A stretch of 64,000 bases of DNA from an uncultured Actinomycetes bacterium (GTDB taxonomy: Bacteria > Actinomycetota > Actinomycetes > Streptosporangiales > Streptosporangiaceae). Location: contig CAWAWM010000009.1 in assembly GCA_963785765.1 (NCBI GenBank), forward strand, positions 46,281 through 110,280. The letters are read 5' to 3'. Each line of letters starts with the position of its first letter. Within the stretch, counting starts at the first letter, position 1. The notes beneath the pieces are model-generated. The model was given only the letters and a program-made list of their open reading frames with translations, searched no databases and was not told the origin of the DNA. Below are positions 55,390-62,492 of this stretch, in pieces. The translations under genes were made by a program, and so were the position numbers.

Positions 55390-56154
55390 TCAGGGGAGCC
55401 GGCTGACCGCCGACAGTCCGTCAGCGGCGGCCAGCAGCCGCTTCAGCGCGGCGGGTCCGCCGTGGCGCACGGCCAGATGCGTCTCCGCGAGCCCCAGCTG
55501 GGCGCTGCCGTCCCCGGCAAAGGCAGCACGGCAGCGCTCCGGCTCTAGGTTGGCCAGCGCCAGAATGGCGCCCGCCGCACCGGTCGGCCCGGCCAGCGTG
55601 AGCAGCGCTGATGAACCCACGTAGGTCGCACCCGAATAGTGCACGATCTCGTCAAGCAGCCGGTCGGGATCGCCGGATGAATCCTTGACCCCCGCGACCG
55701 GCAGGTTCTCGAGGTCGGCAACGGGCACGCCCGGCGCCGATACCCAGGGAATGTGGTAGGCGAGAACCGCGTGCCGGCCTGCGGCGGTGGCAATAGCCGC
55801 GAAGTACTCGTGCAGGTCGGTGCAGCCTGGCGGCGGCCAGGCGAGCACCGCATCGGCTCCGGCCCTGACGGCCCCGGTCGTGAGCTCGGCAGCGCGCTGT
55901 GTCGTGGTCGCACCGGTGCCTGCCAGGACCGGAATGCCAGGCGGCACCGCGCTGCGGACCGCCTCGATGATCTCGGCTCGCTCCGCGTCGGTGAGCGTCT
56001 GGGCCTCGCCGGTTGTACCGCAGGCCAGCACCGCACGCATGCCACGACCGGCCAGCTCGGCGGCCAGGGCGCCGGTAGCTGCCGAGTCGACGCTGCCGCC
56101 TTCGTCGAACAGCGTCACCAGAGCGACGCCTACCCCGGTGAACAGCTCGGTCAT
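55390..56154 (-). CDS. Dihydrodipicolinate synthase/N-acetylneuraminate lyase-family aldolase (short form)
   Basis: 254 aa. GTTGE, YHIP and VAGVKDSSGD (Schiff-base Lys) are present. 4-nt overlap with the GntR gene. Confidence 0.7.
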   Translation of the reverse strand: MTELFTGVGVALVTLFDEGGSVDSAATGALAAELAGRGMRAVLACGTTGEAQTLTDAERAEIIEAVRSAVPPGIPVLAGTGATTTQRAAELTTGAVRAGADAVLAWPPPGCTDLHEYFAAIATAAGRHAVLAYHIPWVSAPGVPVADLENLPVAGVKDSSGDPDRLLDEIVHYSGATYVGSSALLTLAGPTGAAGAILALANLEPERCRAAFAGDGSAQLGLAETHLAVRHGGPAALKRLLAAADGLSAVSRLP

Positions 56155-56801
56155 CTGGCCAGTCCCGTACCCAGCCGGGCCGGGAATCCGGCCAGATAGT
56201 GTTCTCTGAGCGCCTCGTGCAGCCGCTCATTATCCCCGCTCAGCATCGCGTCAAGAACCTGCCGATGCCGCTGTGCCGCTTCGGGAAGGCCAATTCCCTG
56301 CCGCTCCATTTCCGACCGCATGAGAGCGCCCATCTGGCTGTTCATCATCGACCACAGTTGCTTCAGCCGGTCCCGGCCCGAAACGGCAACGAGCAGCCCA
56401 TGAAACCGGGTGTCCCACTCGACCAGCAGGTCCATGTCATCGGCCTGGGCGGCGCTTTCCATCTGCTCGATGGCCGCCCGCAGCGCGCTGGTCAGCTCGG
56501 CGCCGCCGGGCCGGCATCCGGCGCTCAGGCTGGCGTCCTCCAGCACGTAGCGCGCATAGCAGACATCTTCCGCGTCCTCGACCGACATCCTGGTCACGAC
56601 GCTGTACCTGCGCGGCACGATGGCGATCAGGCCCTCGGCCTGCAGGTTGCGCATGGCATCGCGGATGGTTCCGCGGCTGACTCCGAATTCGGCCGCCAGA
56701 TTGGCCTCCACGAGCCTGGTCTCCGCGGGAATCTCGTTATTCAGGATTCGATGCCTGAGCGCCCGCCCGACTGCCTCAGGAAGAGAAACGTGCTCGAGCA
56801 T
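56151..56801 (-). CDS. GntR-family regulator (FadR/FCD subfamily)
   Basis: 216 aa. wHTH (LAAEFGVSRGTIRDAMRNLQAEGLI) plus an all-helical C-terminal domain. Confidence 0.85.
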   Translation of the reverse strand: MLEHVSLPEAVGRALRHRILNNEIPAETRLVEANLAAEFGVSRGTIRDAMRNLQAEGLIAIVPRRYSVVTRMSVEDAEDVCYARYVLEDASLSAGCRPGGAELTSALRAAIEQMESAAQADDMDLLVEWDTRFHGLLVAVSGRDRLKQLWSMMNSQMGALMRSEMERQGIGLPEAAQRHRQVLDAMLSGDNERLHEALREHYLAGFPARLGTGLAR

Positions 56802-56937
56802 CGCTCCCCGGCCTCCTCGGGCCCGCTGTGCTGTCCATCGCCCGTCACTGTAGCTTCAGCATCCTCGCGGTCAAGCCGACCTGGCCGACCTGGCCACGCC
56901 GACCTGGCCACTGTACGGCCGCGGGCGCGTACTCAGG

Positions 56938-56964
56938 TAATCACCAGGAACCTCGTGATCACCG
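56938..56964. promoter_or_regulatory. Two GT-n4-AC cores (GTAATCACC, GTGATCACC) 18 nt apart in the GntR / phosphatase divergent region
   Basis: Read directly. GTGATCAC is a perfect palindrome, and GntR operators generally have GT..AC cores. The region also contains three copies of GCCGACCTGGCC at 56875-56909. Confidence 0.3.
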
Positions 56965-57003
56965 GGAGGGGCCGGAGACGGCGGCCCGGGCTGGGCCGGG
57001 AGA

Positions 57004-57606
57004 ATGGTGCTTATGGGAGAGCTGATCCTGGTCAGGCACGGCCAGACCGAGTGGAGCGCGCAAGGCAGGCACACCGGGCGCACCGATGTCCAGCTGACCG
57101 CGACCGGCGAGGCCGAGGCGGCTGCGCTCGGCCCGGCACTGGCCAGGCGCCAGATCCGCACCGCGTTCGTCAGCCCGGCCAGCCGGGCCGAGCGCAGCGC
57201 CGGACTGGCCGGGCTCTCCGGCGCCAAGCGTGACCCCGACCTCCAGGAATGGGATTACGGCGGCTACGAAGGGATGACCGCGGCCCAGATCGGGGCGCAG
57301 CGGCCGGGCTGGTACCTGTGGCGGGACGGCGTCATCCCCGGCGATGCGGCTCATCCAGGCGAGACCCTGGACCAGGTCGGTGCCCGGGCCGATGCCGTGC
57401 TGACCCGGGTCCGCCCGCTGCTGGAGGACGGCGAGGTGGCGCTGGTGGCGCACGGCCACTTCCTGCGGGTGCTGATCGCCCGCTGGCTACGGCTCGAGCC
57501 GGTCGGCGGCCGCCTGTTCCGGCTGGAGACCGGCACGTTTTCGGTACTCGGCATGGAGCACGGCGAGCCGGTCATCATGTCCCTGAACGAGCCGCCCTGT
57601 GCCTGA
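57004..57606 (+). CDS. Histidine phosphatase (phosphoglycerate-mutase-like) family protein
   Basis: 200 aa. LVRHGQTEWS catalytic RHG motif and HGHFLR. The start may be ATG 57013. Confidence 0.85.
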   Translation: MVLMGELILVRHGQTEWSAQGRHTGRTDVQLTATGEAEAAALGPALARRQIRTAFVSPASRAERSAGLAGLSGAKRDPDLQEWDYGGYEGMTAAQIGAQRPGWYLWRDGVIPGDAAHPGETLDQVGARADAVLTRVRPLLEDGEVALVAHGHFLRVLIARWLRLEPVGGRLFRLETGTFSVLGMEHGEPVIMSLNEPPCA

Positions 57607-57669
57607 CCGCCTAGCGTCTGACTGCCCTGTGCCTGACCGCCCCGTGCCTGACCGCCCCGTGCCAGACCG
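57595..57669 (+). repeat. Five tandem 15-nt units (CCCTGTGCCTGACCG and variants); the first is the last four codons plus stop of the phosphatase gene
   Basis: Units at 57595, 57610, 57625, 57640 and 57655. The period is a multiple of 3, so the unit at 57625 repeats the in-frame TGA of the first unit exactly. Confidence 0.85.
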
Positions 57670-57726
57670 CCCGGGCAGAACGGCCTGACGGAGTCAGGTG
57701 CGGGCGGGCGCCGTCCGGTTCGCCGG

Positions 57727-58077
57727 CTACTCCGGCCTGGTCTCGTCCTCTATCCAACCCAGATACGCCGGCGAGCCCACCACAATGGGCGTCGCGACTA
57801 TCTCGGGCTCGTCATAGCTGTGCTGCAGCGTGAGGTATTCGGCGAGCGCCTCATACCGATGTGCCGGGAGCTTGAGCAGCAGCAGCCATTCCTCGGCCCG
57901 TTCGATGCCGTCTTCCCACCAGTAGGTGCTGGCAATCGGCCCGGCGACCTGCGCGCAGGCCGCGAGCCTGGCGGCGACAGCGCCGTGGCCGAGTTCTATC
58001 GCCTCGGCGCGCGAGTCGGTGGTGGTCTGTACCTGGAGGTAGCGAGCCTGATCGCCGGCCTCGCCCTGACTCGCCAT
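57727..58077 (-). CDS. cutA: Divalent-cation tolerance protein CutA
   Basis: 116 aa. AACAQV.GPI.S.YWW.G.IE...E..LLLK pattern. Confidence 0.8.
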   Translation of the reverse strand: MASQGEAGDQARYLQVQTTTDSRAEAIELGHGAVAARLAACAQVAGPIASTYWWEDGIERAEEWLLLLKLPAHRYEALAEYLTLQHSYDEPEIVATPIVVGSPAYLGWIEDETRPE

Positions 58078-58142
58078 GGCTCCCGATCGTACGCTGCGCT
58101 TGGCGTTTCCGCCCGGCGTAGCCTGGCCCTGGCCGAGGAGTC

Positions 58143-59093
58143 ATGATGAACGGTCCGTTCTGCATCGTCGTTAACCCTGCCGCGGGGCAGGGCCGCTCGC
58201 TGCGGGTGCTGTCGGTGCTCAGCGCCGCGCTGCAGGCGGCCGGGGCGGACTATCACGTCAGCGAGTCGTCCAGCCTCGACGATGCCGTTCAGATCGCGGG
58301 TCAGGCGGCGCGCCTCGGGCAGCTGGTGGTCGCGGTGGGCGGCGACGGCACGACGGGCGCGCTGGCCGGCGTGGTGGCCGACGCGAAGGGGCGGTACGGG
58401 ATCATCCCGGCCGGGCGCGGCAACGACCTGGCCCGGGTGCTGGGCATACCGCCCGACCCGGCCGCGGCCGCGGCGGTGCTGCTGCACGGGCAGCCGCGCA
58501 CGGTGGACCTGATCGGCGTGGGCGTGCCCGATCAGCCGGAAAACGTGGTCATGGGCAGCGTCTACCTGGGCATCCCGTCGATCGCGGGCGAGATCGCCAA
58601 CCAGCCCGCCCGGCTGCCCGGGATGCTGGTGTACCCGCTGGCGGCCTTGCGGGCGCTGGCCAGGTGGACGCCCGCTACGTTCCGCGCCGAGATCACCGGC
58701 GGGTCCGCCGCCGAGCCGGTCCAGCAGTTTCCCGGATACGGCATCGTGGTGGCCAACGTGGCGTACTTCGGCGCCGGGATGCAAGTCGCGCCGTCTGCCG
58801 AGATCGATGACGGCGTGCTCGACATTGTCATCATGCGGGACGGGCCCAAGCTCGCCTTCCTGCGCGCCCTGGCCAGGATCAGGAGCGGGTCACACCTCTC
58901 GCTGCCGCAGATCAGCGTGGAACGCGGCACCGAGGTGGTGCTGAGCATCGACAGGGACATGCCGGCCGCCGCCGACGGGGAGACGCTGCCGTGCGGCGGT
59001 CCGCTGCCCGCCGGGACACCGCTGCGGATCCGCGCGCTGCCCGGTGCCCTGAGCGTGCTGACCCCTCGCCCGGAGCGGCCCGACCGGCAGTAG
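58143..59093 (+). CDS. Diacylglycerol-kinase-family lipid kinase (YegS/BmrU-like)
   Basis: 316 aa. GAGGAG RBS. VVNPAAGQG ... VVAVGGDGTTG ... IIPAGRGNDLAR. Confidence 0.8.
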   Translation: MMNGPFCIVVNPAAGQGRSLRVLSVLSAALQAAGADYHVSESSSLDDAVQIAGQAARLGQLVVAVGGDGTTGALAGVVADAKGRYGIIPAGRGNDLARVLGIPPDPAAAAAVLLHGQPRTVDLIGVGVPDQPENVVMGSVYLGIPSIAGEIANQPARLPGMLVYPLAALRALARWTPATFRAEITGGSAAEPVQQFPGYGIVVANVAYFGAGMQVAPSAEIDDGVLDIVIMRDGPKLAFLRALARIRSGSHLSLPQISVERGTEVVLSIDRDMPAAADGETLPCGGPLPAGTPLRIRALPGALSVLTPRPERPDRQ

Positions 59094-59105
59094 CCCAGCT
59101 GAGCA

Positions 59106-60881
59106 TCAGCGCGGGTGGCGCTCCTGGAGTGCGGCCACGAGCGCGAGTCGGATCTGTTCGACGACCGCAGCGGGGCTGCCGGGCGGCAGTGCGGCCTCAG
59201 CGGCACCGAGGCGGGCAGCCAGTGCCTGGTCACGAAAGACCTCCGCTACCCATCGGGACAGGTCCCGGCCGGGGCAATGATGACGCAGCACGCCCCCGTC
59301 GCAGCGGGCGAGTTCGGCTTCCAGCTCGGCCAGATTGGCTGCGATCGCCCCGGTGGGAGTATCGGGCTCGGTCCGGAAGTAGAACCGGCGCGCGGGCTCG
59401 AGGCCAGCCTGCCCGTACTTATGCTCGTGGCGCAGATGGGGAGTAATCCGGGACCCGACGGTGAACGCCACCGCCTGGCGCGGATGCTGGCGCCAGGCCA
59501 GCACCGCGCGGCCGGGCTGCCCGTCGAGGAGCCTGGCCATCTCGGCGCGCGGCATGCCGGCCACAGCAGCCGTGAGGTCGACGAACCGGCTGGCGGGGTG
59601 CGGCGAGCCGACGGTGATCACCGCGTCGAGCGCGGCGAGCGCGTCGGCCGACAGTTCCTCGGGCTGCCAGGTGACCAGTAGGTATCCCTTGGCGGCCGGG
59701 TTGAACATGCGGTGCCCTGAGGTGCCCCGCCCGACGGGCAGGTGCGCCTCGTCGACGACCACCCACTGCGGCAGGCCTGACGCATCCCGGTGCGCCTCTA
59801 TCTCGCCGACCAGGCCCGCCGCGTAGCCGGCCTGGTCGGCGGCATTGAGGTGAGACAGGTCGATGACCACGGTGCCGGGACCGTCGCGCAGCAGGCGGAT
59901 CACCTCGGCGGGGTCAGCGAGGCGGCTCTCGTGGCCTCCGGTTACGAAAACGCCATGCAGTTCGCCGAGCCCCAGATGGTCGCCTTCGGGGTCAAAGACG
60001 ACCATCGAGTAGCCGAGCCGGACCAGCTGTTCGCAGATGAGCCCAGCCAGGTACGACTTGCCCTCTCCAGTGCTGCCGCAGACTGCGACGTTGAGCTGCG
60101 ATGCGGGCAGCTTCACCGCCTCGCCGCGGTCATCGATGCCCAGCGTGATCTGCCAGCGGCGCGGGTGGACGTGGACTCGCCCGCTGAGCAGCGGTCCGCG
60201 GATCAGGTCGGCAACCCCTTGACCATCCGGCAAGTCCAGCACTATATCGGCGTGCGTGCGGATGGCCTCGACCGCGTTGGCGACGGCCACGCCGATCTCG
60301 CAGACACTCAACAGGCTGTGGTCGTTCTCGGCATCGCCCACGCCAATGGTGTTGTGGTGCGAAAGACCGAGATCATCGAGCGCCGCCAACAGGCCAGCGC
60401 CCTTGGTCACGCCGGCTGGCAAGATCATCAGCTCGGCCCGGTTGCGGACGAGCCTGCAGTCCAGACCGAACTCCCGGATCACTTCCAGGGCAGCAGGCTC
60501 GTCGGCGGCGGCGCAGGCGATGAGCACCTCCCCCATGCGGTGAGCGACACCACGGGCGGCTAGCGCCGCGCTCACGGCCTGGCGGAGCGGAGCGGCCAGT
60601 TGGCGAGCACCGGCCGGGCTGGCCACCACGGCGCCGTTCTCGGCGACGACCGCGTCGACGTGGTCCTCGACATCCGGGAACACGGCGCGCAACTCGCTCA
60701 TGATCCGCCCGGTTACCAAGATCACCTGGATTCCCCTGGCGCGTGCCTCGGCGAGCGCCGCCAGCGTGTCGGGAGCGACCTGGCCCTCAGCCAGGGTGCC
60801 GTCGAAGTCGACAGCAACCGCGCGGAAGTAGGTGAGCGCGCCCTCGGTGAGGCGCTCCACCGGTAGGAACACGCCGGTCAC
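59106..60881 (-). CDS. Fusion protein: N-terminal HAD-IIB (Cof-type) phosphatase plus HerA/FtsK-superfamily-like P-loop ATPase plus unknown C-terminal region
   Basis: 591 aa, GTG start. HAD motifs AVDFDGTL, VTGR, GVGDAENDHSLL. Walker A CGSTGEGKS followed by VVFDPEGDH. Walker B VVVDEAH. Confidence 0.75.
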   Translation of the reverse strand: MTGVFLPVERLTEGALTYFRAVAVDFDGTLAEGQVAPDTLAALAEARARGIQVILVTGRIMSELRAVFPDVEDHVDAVVAENGAVVASPAGARQLAAPLRQAVSAALAARGVAHRMGEVLIACAAADEPAALEVIREFGLDCRLVRNRAELMILPAGVTKGAGLLAALDDLGLSHHNTIGVGDAENDHSLLSVCEIGVAVANAVEAIRTHADIVLDLPDGQGVADLIRGPLLSGRVHVHPRRWQITLGIDDRGEAVKLPASQLNVAVCGSTGEGKSYLAGLICEQLVRLGYSMVVFDPEGDHLGLGELHGVFVTGGHESRLADPAEVIRLLRDGPGTVVIDLSHLNAADQAGYAAGLVGEIEAHRDASGLPQWVVVDEAHLPVGRGTSGHRMFNPAAKGYLLVTWQPEELSADALAALDAVITVGSPHPASRFVDLTAAVAGMPRAEMARLLDGQPGRAVLAWRQHPRQAVAFTVGSRITPHLRHEHKYGQAGLEPARRFYFRTEPDTPTGAIAANLAELEAELARCDGGVLRHHCPGRDLSRWVAEVFRDQALAARLGAAEAALPPGSPAAVVEQIRLALVAALQERHPR

Positions 60882-61009
60882 CCTGCGGCCGCGCGGATCG
60901 CCCCGATCGGGGCAGAACTCATCGTGGTCGCAGCGTACCCGCGATGTATGCCGTGCCTCCCGGATCCCGTGCCTGGCGCACTAGGCCACTGGCGCCGTCG
61001 AGTTCGGGG

Positions 61010-61033
61010 CGTGCTCGTCATTCGACGAGCACG
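61010..61033 (-). terminator. 10-bp perfect hairpin (CGTGCTCGTC / GACGAGCACG, 4-nt loop) spanning the CBM48 stop codon
   Basis: Read directly. Lies between the CBM48 gene and the HAD-ATPase gene on the same strand. Confidence 0.4.
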
Positions 61034-61389
61034 ACCGAGTCGTCACTGCCGTACGGGTTGGGGACATAGCGATCGGCATGCCACGCGTTCTCCCAGCGTT
61101 CGCCGTCAACCAGGTACCGGTAGCGGTAACTGTGGCCTGGCTCCAGGGCGACCTCGACCCGCCAGGAGCCGTCGCGGTCGCGGGCGAGCTTGATGTTCTC
61201 GGCGGACCAATCGTTGAAGTCGCCGCACAACGCCACGCTCTCGGCCTGGACGTCCGCGGGAAGCGTGAAGGTGACCTTGACAGTGCGGGCCTTGACAGTG
61301 CGGGCCTTGACAGTGCGGGCCTTGACAGTGCTGGCCTTGACAGTACTGGCCTTGATGGCGCGGGCGTTGGCGGCACGTTCGACGGCCAT
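61018..61389 (-). CDS. Stand-alone CBM48 / AMPK-beta glycogen-binding-domain-like protein
   Basis: 123 aa. VTFTLPADVQAESVALCGDFNDWS ... DGSWRVEVALEPGHSYRYRYLVDGERW.N is the early-set/CBM48 pattern. N-terminal (KA(S/R)TV)n repeat. Confidence 0.75.
   Translation of the reverse strand: MAVERAANARAIKASTVKASTVKARTVKARTVKARTVKVTFTLPADVQAESVALCGDFNDWSAENIKLARDRDGSWRVEVALEPGHSYRYRYLVDGERWENAWHADRYVPNPYGSDDSVVLVE
61276..61365 (-). repeat. Six tandem 15-nt units (plus strand CTTGACAGTGCGGGC; 3 perfect, 3 variant) encoding (KARTV/KASTV)n
   Basis: Perfect copies at 61276, 61291 and 61306. Variants at 61321, 61336 and 61351. Confidence 0.9.
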
Positions 61390-61565
61390 TTCGGCTCCTC
61401 AATGGCAGGTGATGAGCTCGCGGGAATGACGGATCAAGGCCGCGCTCGGCGCCGGCCGCCCGGCCGCACGGCCAGCGGGCGCCAGCCACTGGTCGCGCGG
61501 GCCCCGGTCGCGAGTTTCTCAGCGCGCATGAATGGGAGCGTATGGCCGCCGCGAACCGTTGCAAA

Positions 61566-61600
61566 TAGGGCACACCCTCGTACTTTTAGGGCATACCCTC
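61566..61600. promoter_or_regulatory. Two copies of the 14-nt motif TAGGGCA(C/T)ACCCTC spaced 21 nt apart
   Basis: 61566-61579 and 61587-61600. Each contains the internal palindrome AGGG-n4-CCCT. Lies in the 320-nt divergent region between the CBM48 gene and the LuxR regulator. Confidence 0.45.
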
Positions 61601-61709
61601 ACGGCGAATCGCTGTCGCGCAGACCGGCCCGGCGCGATGTGAGAATGTCGAGAGATCATGCGCGGTCCGGCAGCACGGCCAACCCGATGCCGCTGCCGGG
61701 AGTGCGACG

Positions 61710-62438
61710 ATGATCGTTCCGTCTGACCCGGGAGCGCCCACCATGCCCGAGCCCTCCACCGTGCTGCGTGCCGTGATCGCGAGCGACAACTTTCTGACCC
61801 GTGAGGGCCTCGGCTGCCTACTCAGCGGCGTGCCCGGTATCGAGGTCGTCGCCCGGGTCGACAGCCACCCCGAAACTCTCGCCGCGGTCCGCAAATACCG
61901 CCCTGACGTACTCATCGTCGGCATCCGGACACCGCGGGTCGACGCCGAGGCGGCGCTGGGCGCTGCCCAGAAGCTGCGGGCGCTGCACCCGAACATCGGG
62001 GTCGTGGTCATCAGTGAAGCGTGCGACGGGTATGCCCTCGAGCTCCTGCGCAGCGGAGCCGCCGGCGTCGGCTACCTGCTCGACGACCGGATCGGTGACC
62101 TCGAAACGCTGCTCAGCGCCATCCACGGCGCCCACGCAGGTGATACCGTTCTCGACCCCGCGATCGTCAACGCCCTGGTGCGGCGCCGGCTGCCCTCCGT
62201 GCTCGACGGGCTCACCATCCGGGAACTCGACGTTCTTGCCGAGATGGCAACTGGTTGCGCCAACGAGGAGATAGGCCGACGCCTGGCGGTGTCGACAAAG
62301 GCTGTCGAGAGACACGTCACCAGCATCTTCCGCAAGCTCAGGGTGCCCGACGCCAAGCGGTTCGACCGCCGCGTGGCTGCGGTCCTGGCCTACCTGCAAG
62401 CCAGTGGCGAACTCGGCGGCCAAGATGCACTCCCCTGA
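61710..62438 (+). CDS. LuxR/NarL-family regulator with degenerate (pseudo-)receiver domain
   Basis: 242 aa (alternative start ATG 61743). The receiver fold is recognisable, but the phospho-acceptor position reads VLIVGIRTP (Gly in place of Asp) and the conserved Lys position reads GYLLDD. LuxR HTH is LTIRELDVLAEMATGCANEEIGRRLAVSTKAVERHV. Confidence 0.8.
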   Translation: MIVPSDPGAPTMPEPSTVLRAVIASDNFLTREGLGCLLSGVPGIEVVARVDSHPETLAAVRKYRPDVLIVGIRTPRVDAEAALGAAQKLRALHPNIGVVVISEACDGYALELLRSGAAGVGYLLDDRIGDLETLLSAIHGAHAGDTVLDPAIVNALVRRRLPSVLDGLTIRELDVLAEMATGCANEEIGRRLAVSTKAVERHVTSIFRKLRVPDAKRFDRRVAAVLAYLQASGELGGQDALP

Positions 62439-62492
62439 ATCGCGTGCTCGAAGCTGGATCAGCTTCGAGCTCTGACGGCTCGGCCCGGGCCG

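Noticed and set aside
60900-60913. GCCCCGATCGGGGC palindrome 19 nt upstream of the HAD-ATPase start as an operator
   Set aside because: This is a single 14-nt GC palindrome with no second copy or supporting context, so it is not distinguishable from chance. It is noted here only.
61566-61600. DosR/DevR box interpretation of the TAGGGCAYACCCTC pair
   Set aside because: The recalled DosR consensus (GGGACT..AGTCCC core) does not fit AGGGCA..CCCT. I kept it as a generic LuxR-type operator candidate only.
61078-61713. 211-aa plus-strand ORF spanning the CBM48 antisense strand and the 320-nt intergenic region
   Set aside because: Arg-rich translation with no motif. Its first half is antisense to the well-supported CBM48 gene, and the rest covers the putative operator region.
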